Translations under genes and position numbers: made by a program
Assembly: GCA_900548085.1 (NCBI GenBank)
Contig: URJF01000001.1
Location: 1-40,331 of the forward strand
Origin: an uncultured Oscillospiraceae bacterium
Lineage (GTDB): Bacteria; Bacillota; Clostridia; Oscillospirales; Acutalibacteraceae
DNA length: 40,331 nt
Direction of reading: 5' to 3'
Shown here: positions 1-8,287 of the stretch, in pieces
Numbering within the stretch: position 1 is the first letter of the stretch
How the letters are laid out: every line of letters starts with the position of its first letter
The notes under the pieces: model-generated
Seen by the model: the letters and a program-made list of their open reading frames with translations, nothing else
Database searches by the model: none
Told to the model about the DNA's origin: nothing

Positions 1-51
1 CCTTAAATGACGGAGTCAGAGTCCGGAGTGTTACCGTTACACTATACCTCT
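1..51 (-). tRNA. tRNA-Gln(CTG), 3' end cut off by the window edge
   Basis: The reverse complement reads AGAGGTA TA GTGT AACGGT AACAC T CCGGA CT-CTG-AC TCCGT CATT TAAGG. This gives the acceptor 5' strand, D-arm, anticodon arm with CTG and the start of the T-stem, matching Firmicute tRNA-Gln. Confidence 0.9.
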
Positions 52-80
52 ATATAAGCACTATTGCTCAGTGCCTATAA

Positions 81-109
81 ATGTTAGCATATCCAACGAC
101 GATTGTCAA
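81..109 (-). promoter_or_regulatory. sigma-A promoter of tRNA-Gln
   Basis: TTGACA-17bp-TAACAT with TG extended -10 on the minus strand. Confidence 0.7.
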
Positions 110-188
110 GGGAAAATATTTAAATAATTTTATTTTGGCATTACTTTTTTGTTGCGGCAGGTACGATTTCGGATAATAGGGGAAAAGA

Positions 189-752
189 TTAAATTTCGAT
201 ACCCAATTCCTGTATTTTGTCCCTAACTTTGAGCCAATCGGCAAAAGCCTGTTCTTTGTTGTTGGGGTTACGCAGGATTGCGGCAGGGTGGTAGGTACCC
301 ATCATAAGAGTGCCGTTTTTTTCGAAAAACTCGCCGTGCTGCTTTGTTACTCTAAAATCGGGAGAAATCAATTTTTGGGCAGAAATTCTGCCGACGCAGA
401 CAATAATCTTAGGTCTGATAATCTTAAATTGCTCTCGGAGCCAAAGGAGGCACTGTTCCTGCTCCTCAGGTTTTGGGTCTCTGTTTTTAGGCGGGCGACA
501 CTTTACCATATTTGCGATATAAACATTTTTGTCACGGTAGAGGTCAATGCTGGCAAGAAATTTGTCCAGCAGCTTGCCGCTCCTGCCTACGAAAGGCTCG
601 CCCTGCAAATCCTCGTTTTCGCCGGGTCCCTCTCCTATGAGCATAATGTCGGCGTCCTTTTTGCCTACGCCGAATACAAGGTTGGTTCTGCCCTCACACA
701 AACCGCAGCGAGTGCAGGACTGACATTCCTTTTCTAATTCGTCAAGTGTCAT
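189..752 (-). CDS. udg: uracil-DNA glycosylase family 4 (4Fe-4S)
   Basis: CxxC (CTRCGLC), [20 protein letters not shown] and TYHPA motifs. Start moved to the ATG at 752, which has an AAAGGAG RBS. Confidence 0.9.
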   Translation of the reverse strand: MTLDELEKECQSCTRCGLCEGRTNLVFGVGKKDADIMLIGEGPGENEDLQGEPFVGRSGKLLDKFLASIDLYRDKNVYIANMVKCRPPKNRDPKPEEQEQCLLWLREQFKIIRPKIIVCVGRISAQKLISPDFRVTKQHGEFFEKNGTLMMGTYHPAAILRNPNNKEQAFADWLKVRDKIQELGIEI

Positions 753-798
753 AATTCGTAGCTCCTTTGCCCTTTTTAACATAATACCAAATTTATGG

Positions 799-827
799 TT
801 GAAAAACAATCAAAATAGGTATAAAAT
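799..827 (+). promoter_or_regulatory. sigma-A promoter of pduL
   Basis: TTGAAA-17bp-TAAAAT. Confidence 0.55.
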
Positions 828-863
828 ATCATCATAAAAGAAATTTTTTCGGAGGAAAATAAA

Positions 864-1442
864 ATGGCTAATCAAGTTGTAGTAGAAATCAGTGCCCGTC
901 ACGTGCACCTGTCCCAAGAGGATTTGGAGACACTTTTCGGCAAGGGATACGAACTCACAGTAAAGAAAGAGCTGTCTCAACCGGGTCAATATGCAAGCAA
1001 CGAAAGAGTTAAAGTAATCGGTACAAATGGAGAGTTTCCGGCAGTATCAATTCTCGGCCCTGTAAGAAAGGCTACTCAGGTAGAAATCTCGCTGACTGAT
1101 GCACGCTCAATCGGTGTAAATGCTCCTGTTAGAGAGTCCGGCGACATCGCAGGCTCAGGCAGCTGCAAGCTGGTAGGCCCTGCAGGCGAAATCGAAATCA
1201 AAGAGGGTGTTATCGCTGCAAAGCGCCATATCCACGCAACCACAAAGGATGCAGAGGAAATGGGGCTGGAAAACGGTCAAATCGTGTCTGTAGAAATTCC
1301 GTCTGCTAACGGCAGAAATCTTACATTCGGTGATGTAGTAGTCAGAGTATCCGACAGTTACGCACTGGCTATGCACATTGACACAGATGAGGCTAATGCT
1401 GCCGGTATGGCACCTAACACACCGGGTACAGTCATTAAGTAA
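864..1442 (+). CDS. pduL: phosphate propanoyltransferase / PduL-type phosphotransacylase
   Basis: SARHVHLS, LSQPGQYA, TQVEISLTD, RESG, RHIH and MHIDTDEANA motifs. GGAGG RBS. Confidence 0.92.
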   Translation: MANQVVVEISARHVHLSQEDLETLFGKGYELTVKKELSQPGQYASNERVKVIGTNGEFPAVSILGPVRKATQVEISLTDARSIGVNAPVRESGDIAGSGSCKLVGPAGEIEIKEGVIAAKRHIHATTKDAEEMGLENGQIVSVEIPSANGRNLTFGDVVVRVSDSYALAMHIDTDEANAAGMAPNTPGTVIK

Positions 1443-1461
1443 GCTATACAACATACATATC

Positions 1462-1498
1462 AACCGATGCAGAAATTTTGCATCGGTTTTTTGTTTTT
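1462..1498 (+). terminator. rho-independent terminator after pduL
   Basis: AACCGATGCA...TGCATCGGTT stem followed by a T-tract. Confidence 0.85.
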
Positions 1499-1527
1499 GT
1501 TAAAGGTTCAATAAACAAAAATTTTTG

Positions 1528-1556
1528 TTGCAAAAGAGCAATTCGTCTGATATAAT
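1528..1556 (+). promoter_or_regulatory. sigma-A promoter of the surface-protein gene
   Basis: TTGCAA-17bp-TATAAT with TG extension. Confidence 0.7.
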
Positions 1557-1635
1557 AAAATAAACGAACGGTCGGTAATATATAATGTTCACCGCTCGAC
1601 AATTAACCCGCTTAATCACAACGGAGGTAATTATA

Positions 1636-3717
1636 ATGAAAAAGAAACTCATCTGTATGATAGTAACAGTATGTATCGTGCTTTGCTCTATGCCAATCAC
1701 ATCGTACGCATTTGCAACAGGGATAGCTGTATCAACAAAAGACGCTTTGTTCAGCGCTGTAGCAGACGAACGAGAACCGGAAATTTATTTGAGTTCGGAT
1801 ATTGATATTGACTCTACTCTGCAAATAAACCGCAGAGTAACCCTTAACCTAAACGGATATGTCCTCAGAATGACTGGCGATGCCAGTGTAATAAAAGTAA
1901 ATCCTTCCGGATATTTAATACTTCTTGATTCTCGCAAAGACGCAGTACACAAGTTCACTCCCAACAGCGACGGACTGTGGGTACTGGACGAGGAGAACGG
2001 TACAAAGACAGTTAACGGCGGTGTAATCACAGGTAACACCGAATTCAAAAGCGCCGGAGGCGGCGTGTATGTTGATGCAAACTCAACCAATGCCGGTTTC
2101 TTCAATATGTCAGGAGGCAATATTGTCGGCTGCACAGCAAGAGAAGGCGGCGGTGTGTATGTAAACAGCTACAGCAGTCTTAGTTCGAGCGTCCGTAACA
2201 ACGCAACCTTCAGAATGACCTATGGCTCAATCATCGGCTGTGTGGCGAAATGCGAAAGCGACGACACACGAGGCGGAGGAATATGCAACTTCGGTACTTT
2301 GATACTCCGTGGCTCTGCAAAAATCAAAGAGTGCAGAGCACTGGATTGCGGAGGTATAAATTCCGGCGGTGGCATATTGAGTGTCCGAAACATAAATATA
2401 GATGAAAACGCATCAGTAATCGATTGTACGGCAGACGGCAACAGTGACGCACTTGACTTGGGCACCGATGTCACAGGATACGCTACTCTCACAAGCGGAA
2501 AAATTTCGGGCAATGTTATGCTCAGCTTTAATAAGGACCGAAGCGATTTGTCCGACATCGTATTTTACGACAAGGTCTACAGCACAAGAGAGATTAACGG
2601 CGGAATATTCTACGGCGCATTCTGTAACAACGGCACTGTCAGAGGCGGAACATTTTACGGAGAGGTTACCGGTGACGGAATAATAGATGACAGCGCAAAG
2701 CGCACGGTAACATTTGACGCTGACGGCGGCAGTGCCGCAAACGAGCAAAAAATACTCAAGGGACAAAAGGCAACTGCACCAACCACAAGCAGAGACGGTT
2801 TTTCTTTCTTAGGCTGGTACAAGAACGGCACAGCATATGATTTTACACAGCCTGTTTTGGAAGATTTTACCGTGACAGCAAAATGGAAAGATATTACCGC
2901 ACCGGTAATCAGCGGAATAACCAACAGAAAAGTTTACTGCGAACCGCAAGAAGTAACAGTGACAGATGACAATATCGACACCGTTACGGTAAACGATGTA
3001 ACAGTCGCTTTGGACAGCAACGGAAAGTTTACACTTTCTCCGGCAGAGGGTGAGCAAAAAATAGTTGCCAGAGATACGGAAAGCAACAAAACAGAAATGA
3101 CTGTAACAATAAATGACGAGCACACACCTGCACAGGACGACGGTGACTGCACCACAGAGGTACTGTGCATATACTGCGGAGCAGTAGTTACAGCAGCTAA
3201 GAGTCACACCTTCGGCGAAGGCGGCTCTAACGATGACGGCACTCATACAGTCCACTGCACCAATGCAGGCTGCACCGTAACAAAAGCGGAAAACTGCTCC
3301 GGCGGCACGGCATATTGCGGCCAAAAAGCAATTTGTACCGTTTGCGGCAGTGAATACGGCGATTACGATTCGTCAAACCACAAGAGTCTCAGACACATTG
3401 TGTCTAAGGCAGCTACCGAAAAAGAAAAAGGAAACATAGAATATTGGTACTGCGGCGATTGCAAAAAATATTTTGCCGATGAGCAGGCAACAAAAGAAAT
3501 CGCAAAATCAGACATAGTGATTAAAAAGGTATCACCAAAAACTACAACTAAAAAGTCAACAAAATCAACTGCCAAAAAAGCAGTGAAAAATTCTTCGTCG
3601 ACCACATCGCCGAAAACAGGCACAGACGGAAAGAGTGCTGTGGCTATGGGAGCGGCTATAATTGTAGGCGGCGCACTGCTCCTGATGATTTCAAAAAAGA
3701 AAAAACACGATGAATAA
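1636..3717 (+). CDS. secreted, putatively sortase-anchored surface protein (beta-helix-like N-terminus, Listeria-Bacteroides/Flg_new repeat, Cys/His-rich region, SPKTG sorting signal)
   Basis: Signal peptide MKKKLIC...SYA and repeated GGGVYV/GGGI motifs. TVTFDADGGS...GFSFLGWY...YDFTQPV...AKW matches a Flg_new repeat. The C-terminus has SPKTG, a hydrophobic helix and KKKKH. The ATG at 1636 follows GGAGG. Confidence 0.75.
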   Translation: MKKKLICMIVTVCIVLCSMPITSYAFATGIAVSTKDALFSAVADEREPEIYLSSDIDIDSTLQINRRVTLNLNGYVLRMTGDASVIKVNPSGYLILLDSRKDAVHKFTPNSDGLWVLDEENGTKTVNGGVITGNTEFKSAGGGVYVDANSTNAGFFNMSGGNIVGCTAREGGGVYVNSYSSLSSSVRNNATFRMTYGSIIGCVAKCESDDTRGGGICNFGTLILRGSAKIKECRALDCGGINSGGGILSVRNINIDENASVIDCTADGNSDALDLGTDVTGYATLTSGKISGNVMLSFNKDRSDLSDIVFYDKVYSTREINGGIFYGAFCNNGTVRGGTFYGEVTGDGIIDDSAKRTVTFDADGGSAANEQKILKGQKATAPTTSRDGFSFLGWYKNGTAYDFTQPVLEDFTVTAKWKDITAPVISGITNRKVYCEPQEVTVTDDNIDTVTVNDVTVALDSNGKFTLSPAEGEQKIVARDTESNKTEMTVTINDEHTPAQDDGDCTTEVLCIYCGAVVTAAKSHTFGEGGSNDDGTHTVHCTNAGCTVTKAENCSGGTAYCGQKAICTVCGSEYGDYDSSNHKSLRHIVSKAATEKEKGNIEYWYCGDCKKYFADEQATKEIAKSDIVIKKVSPKTTTKKSTKSTAKKAVKNSSSTTSPKTGTDGKSAVAMGAAIIVGGALLLMISKKKKHDE

Positions 3718-3727
3718 ATAAAATGCA

Positions 3728-3763
3728 ACCCCGATTCGATATTAAGTCGAGTCGGGGTATTTT
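3728..3763 (+). terminator. terminator hairpin
   Basis: ACCCCGATTCGA-loop-TCGAGTCGGGGT followed by ATTTT. Confidence 0.7.
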
Positions 3764-4002
3764 ACACGCAAAATTTTGTCTGTAGAGCTTTCCACATGAT
3801 TACGCAAATCGGAAAGCATAACCGCAATGTTTGCTCCGAACATAGAAACAAACAAAATCCAATTCCTTTTCATTATTTTTCGAGAAATTATTACGCCGAT
3901 TATACCTATATCGTCACCGGTATGGTCAATTACGGCGTGCATATAACAAACTAAGCGTGCCGATATATTTCTACAGCTTTGTATATATTTGTAGGGTTTC
4001 GG

Positions 4003-4031
4003 TTGATAAAAGGTGAAGATTATTGTAGAAT
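4003..4031 (+). promoter_or_regulatory. sigma-A promoter of the amidohydrolase
   Basis: TTGATA-17bp-TAGAAT. Confidence 0.55.
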
Positions 4032-4062
4032 GAAGTAAGTAAGATATCGAGAGGGAAAGCTT

Positions 4063-5343
4063 ATGCGAACAGTATTTAAGAATTGCACACTTCTGGACGG
4101 GACAAAAGATATGACCGCCAAGGCAGGCACGGACATTGCAATTTACGGGGATAAAATAGCAGAGATTGGCAATATTGAACCTAAGATCGATGACAAAGTA
4201 ATTGACTTAGGCGGTAGGTATCTTATGCCGGGTCTTATCAATCTGCACGTTCATCTGCCGGCAGGAGGCAAGCCGAAAAACAAGCCTCTCAAGGCAGAAA
4301 AGCTGACTAAGCTTGCGCTGTCATCGGGACTGATGAGAGAAATCGTAATCGGTATGTGCCACTCCTACGCTATGCAGGGGCTTATGGCAGGTGTAACCAC
4401 CATTCGTGCCGTAGGCGGTCTCGCAGATTTTGACACTAAGCTAAGGGACAGAATAAACTGCGGAAAGCTGGAGGGCCCTCGAATTTTGGCGGCTGACTAT
4501 GCTATCGGCGTTCCCCACGGTCATATGGTAGGCTCGGTAACACGACCGGCAGGCTCTGTAGAGGAGGCTGTGGCTATGGTGGACGACCTGAACAGTCACA
4601 ATGTTGACCTAATCAAGCTGATGATAACCGGCGGAGTAATGGACGCAAAGGTTAAGGGTGAGCCGGGCAGACTGATGATGCAGGCAGATATGATAAAAGC
4701 GTGCTGTGACCGTGCACACAGCTATGGGCTCAAGGTAGCCGCACACGTGCAAAGCCCCGAGGGCGTACGCACCGCTGTAGAAAACGGAGTGGACTCTATT
4801 GAGCACGGCTCAACACTGACTGAACGAGAGACAGCAGCATTTAAGGCGCATAAAGCAGTAATGGTATGCACGATTTCGCCGGCACTGCCCATGGCTAAAT
4901 TTGAGCGTGAGACGCTGGGCATAACCGAAGCGGTGCAGTACAATTCCAATATCGTATACAACAATATGATAGCCGGCTCAAAGACTGCTCTCGCAAGCGG
5001 AATAACCGTAGGACTCGGCACAGACACAGGCTGTCCGTACACCACGCACTACAATATGTGGCGTGAACTGCATTATTTTGAAAAGAATGTGGGAGTTACA
5101 CCCGAATTTTCACTATACACGGCTACACTGAACAATGCAAAAATTTTGGGAATCGACAACATAACCGGCAGTATCGAAGTGGGCAAGTGTGCTGACATTT
5201 TGGTGTCCGACAGCAATCCGCTGGAAGACTTCAGAGCGCTGTCACAACCGTATATGGTGGTAGCTCGTGGCAAAATATACAATAATCCAAAAATCAAAAA
5301 GTATGAAAAATGCGAAACCGAGCTTGACAAATACTATGACTGA
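4063..5343 (+). CDS. metal-dependent amidohydrolase (Xaa-Pro dipeptidase-like subgroup)
   Basis: MPGLINLHVH, GVTTIR, DLIKLMITGGV, AAH, SIEHG, GTDTG and GSIEVGKCAD motifs. Confidence 0.85.
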   Translation: MRTVFKNCTLLDGTKDMTAKAGTDIAIYGDKIAEIGNIEPKIDDKVIDLGGRYLMPGLINLHVHLPAGGKPKNKPLKAEKLTKLALSSGLMREIVIGMCHSYAMQGLMAGVTTIRAVGGLADFDTKLRDRINCGKLEGPRILAADYAIGVPHGHMVGSVTRPAGSVEEAVAMVDDLNSHNVDLIKLMITGGVMDAKVKGEPGRLMMQADMIKACCDRAHSYGLKVAAHVQSPEGVRTAVENGVDSIEHGSTLTERETAAFKAHKAVMVCTISPALPMAKFERETLGITEAVQYNSNIVYNNMIAGSKTALASGITVGLGTDTGCPYTTHYNMWRELHYFEKNVGVTPEFSLYTATLNNAKILGIDNITGSIEVGKCADILVSDSNPLEDFRALSQPYMVVARGKIYNNPKIKKYEKCETELDKYYD

Positions 5344-6731
5344 ACAACAGTGTTTACATCTGCAGCTGCGAGTGCCTTGCTGATCAAACCGGTCACGGCA
5401 TCTACGCCCATACCCATAAGGTCAGAGAGCCACGCACCCACAAGGTTGAAGGTCATAACAAAAATCAAACCCATAATGATAAAGCACGGAATGGCAGTAT
5501 ATTTCGCTGTTAAATTTTGTCTATAGCTACACTCCGCTTATGTTCTTTGCTTTCGCTGGGCTTTGTCACTGTCTGCTCGCAAACTTTTTCAATAAACGAA
5601 AAGCGCATATTTGATACAGCAGCTTTTCGGTCAAGGCCCGACTCATTTTCCATAACTCGAACAATCTCCAAAAAGGCATTTTCCTTTTCTTTGGACAGTT
5701 TCATTTCTTTTTCGAGCAAATAGTCATTTTCTATCATTTTTGTGGCAGCAAATCTGACAGGAATACCCAATGCCTTCGCCTCGGGCTCGAGCATATGTAC
5801 AGCCGCATGAATACAGCGATGCACTGCTCCGACAGGCTCCTGCTTTTCCTCATTGTCGGGACAAAAATCAATCCTGACCGGTGCCTCTCCGTACCTCGCA
5901 ACATGGATAGCGTGATTGATAAGCTCATCGACGCCCTCATTTTTTGCGGCAGAAATGGGAACAACCGGTATGCCGAGTATTTTTTCGAGTTCGTTTACTC
6001 TGACGGAACCACCGTTTTCTCGCACCTCGTCCATCATATTCAATGCCAAAACCATAGGAATTCCCAATTCCATAAGCTGCATTGTGAGACAAAGGTTTCT
6101 CTCCAAATTAGACGCATCTACAATGTTGATTATTCCGTCCGGATGCGATTTGAGCAAAAAATCTCTGGTTACTATTTCTTCGCTGGAATAAGGCGACAAT
6201 GAATAAATGCCCGGTAGGTCCGTAACAGTGGCTTCGGGATGATTGCGTATAGTGCCGTCTTTTCGGTCCACTGTGACTCCGGGGAAATTGCCAACATGCT
6301 GATTTGCACCTGTGAGTTGGTTAAACAATGTCGTCTTTCCGCAGTTTTGATTTCCTGCAAGAGCAAATGTAAACTTTTTGCCTTTCGGCAATTCTTTTTC
6401 GTGATGATGATTGCCCTCGTCTTCCTCAAGTTCACCCTTTCTTGGGTGGGGAATATTTTCATAGTGCAAATTTTGACTTTTTTTGCACCTTTTGTTCTTT
6501 GTGATGAATGTTTTCGATTTCTATTTTTCGTGCTTCATCCAGACGGAGTGTCAGCTCATAACCACGCAGTTCAATTTGGACAGGGTCGCCCATAGGAGCT
6601 ATCTTTTGGAGCGTGACTTCCGTGCCGGGTGTCAGTCCCATGTCCAACAAGTGATTTTGGAGCGCACCGTCGCCGCCAACGGTCTTGATGTATGAACTCC
6701 GCTTAGGCTGCAATCGATCCATCGTAGCCAT
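5334..6731 (-). pseudogene. feoB: fused feoA-feoB ferrous iron transporter pseudogene (two frameshifts, C-terminal truncation)
   Basis: FeoA domain at 6459-6731 (LLDMGLTPG, APMGDP, LRGYELTLR). G-domain at 5510-6469 (GNQNCGKT, VGNFPGVTV, DLPGIYS, NMMD). A third frame at 5334-5510 continues into the first TM segment (LTAKYTAIPCFIIMGLIFVMTFNLVGAWLSD...VVQS*). The remaining membrane domain is absent. Confidence 0.88.
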
Positions 6732-6810
6732 ATATTTTGTCCTCTTTTCCTTAATTTCCGTTTTACATATAAATCACACAGAGTGCAACTATAATTTTAA
6801 CCGTCTATAG

Positions 6811-7368
6811 TCAGTCTGTATGCCTGCTGATCAATCTGTACATCGGATAAACCACAGGACCGAGATAATCTCGCATAATGGCGGTATATTCTGCCTCTGT
6901 AACAGGGTACTCATCTGGAGCGATGCAGAGCATATCATATACAACCGGTCCCTCTTTTACCTTATAATCCAACTTTTTGAAGCCGTTGCGATAATAAAAA
7001 CCACAACGACGGGTACGAATATCATCATCGCCCTGTGCCTCATCTGTAGTCTCTATGTTGAGCACAAAACGACAATGGGGGTACTGCTCCTTGATTTTAG
7101 TCAAAATCTTACTGCCGTAGCCCCCGTTGCGACAGTCCGGAGAAACAGCAAGATAAAAAATATAGACTATATCATTCATTCGCACAATGTACACTGTGCC
7201 CTTGAACACACCGTACTCGGTAACAGCAAAGTAGTCAACATTTTTCTTCTTCGTTCTGCTCATAAGCATAAAGAAAGGCATACGCTCCTCTGCCGGAAAG
7301 GCAGTGAGATACAATTCTTTTGCTTTTTCTGTTAATTTTTTACCTTTTACTTTTTCTAATGTCAGCAT
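6811..7368 (-). CDS. GNAT family N-acetyltransferase
   Basis: YIFYLAV..RNGGYGSKIL and FYYRNGF motifs. The ATG at 7368 has an AGGTGG RBS. Confidence 0.8.
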   Translation of the reverse strand: MLTLEKVKGKKLTEKAKELYLTAFPAEERMPFFMLMSRTKKKNVDYFAVTEYGVFKGTVYIVRMNDIVYIFYLAVSPDCRNGGYGSKILTKIKEQYPHCRFVLNIETTDEAQGDDDIRTRRCGFYYRNGFKKLDYKVKEGPVVYDMLCIAPDEYPVTEAEYTAIMRDYLGPVVYPMYRLISRHTD

Positions 7369-7507
7369 AATAAACCACCTAAGCAAAATATAGCACAAAA
7401 TACCAAAATTTTCAAGACGGCACAAACTAAATTATACGCTTTGAATGTTGAATAAAATTTGTCTTCGTGATATAATTTGTCTAAGAAAAGGAATAAGGGA
7501 GAACATA

Positions 7508-8248
7508 ATGAACTCGTTTTTCAAAAAGGCAGAGGTTTCGCAAATGTCCGACTCCTTTTTGACAGCAATATTTGTAGTACTGTCGGGAGGCTTTCAGGAC
7601 GCATATACATACATCTGCCGCGGAGAAGTATTCGCAAACGCACAAACAGGCAACATTGTGCTTATGAGCGCAAACCTCTTTCAAGGAGAGTTTAAGCACT
7701 GCATAAGATACTTGATCCCCGTGCTGTCATTTATGGTGGGTACATATGTAGCAGAAAACGTGCACTGCTGTTTTAAGCATTTAGAAAAAATACACTGGCG
7801 ACAAATAATCATACTCGCCGAAATCATACTGCTGTTTTGTGTAGGCTTTATACCGCAAAAACACAATGCATTAGCCAACGCATTAGTATCCTTTGTCTGT
7901 GCTATGCAGGTGCAAACTTTCCACAAGGTAAGAGGTCACGTGTACGCATCCACAATGTGCATAGGCAATATGCGAAGCGCAATAGTATCTCTTTTCGCTT
8001 TCATCCAATACAAAGACAAAAAGATACTCCAAAAATCTTTGGTTTACTTCAGCGTAATCCTTGTGTTTGCCATAGGAGCAGGCATAGGCAGTGTGGTCAC
8101 AAAGCATCTGGGCAACAAGGCTATCTGGGTATGCTGTGCATCACTGGCAATCAGCTTTTGTATGATGTTCATTGACCTGGAGGTAAACGAAAGAAGAGCC
8201 GCCAGAGCAAAGCGTGAGCGTGAAAAAATAAAAGAACAAGAAAAATAA
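7508..8248 (+). CDS. YoaK (DUF1275) family membrane protein
   Basis: GGFQDAYTY, FANAQTGNIV and STMCIGN motifs, with multiple TM helices. Confidence 0.85.
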   Translation: MNSFFKKAEVSQMSDSFLTAIFVVLSGGFQDAYTYICRGEVFANAQTGNIVLMSANLFQGEFKHCIRYLIPVLSFMVGTYVAENVHCCFKHLEKIHWRQIIILAEIILLFCVGFIPQKHNALANALVSFVCAMQVQTFHKVRGHVYASTMCIGNMRSAIVSLFAFIQYKDKKILQKSLVYFSVILVFAIGAGIGSVVTKHLGNKAIWVCCASLAISFCMMFIDLEVNERRAARAKREREKIKEQEK

Positions 8249-8251
8249 TGT

Positions 8252-8287
8252 AAAAAATCCGCAGGAACATACCTGCGGATTTTTCTT
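8252..8287. terminator. bidirectional terminator
   Basis: AAAAAATCCGCAGG-loop-CCTGCGGATTTTT between convergent genes. Confidence 0.85.

Noticed and set aside
1..190. tRNA as an integration site for an island
   Set aside because: The window lies on the tRNA's 5' side, and I saw no integrase or att duplicate.
6477..6485. A_AAA_AAG slippery heptamer between feoA and feoB, suggesting programmed -1 frameshifting
   Set aside because: A -1 slip enters the unrelated MKIFPTQ frame, whereas FeoB needs +1. The gene is also broken again downstream.
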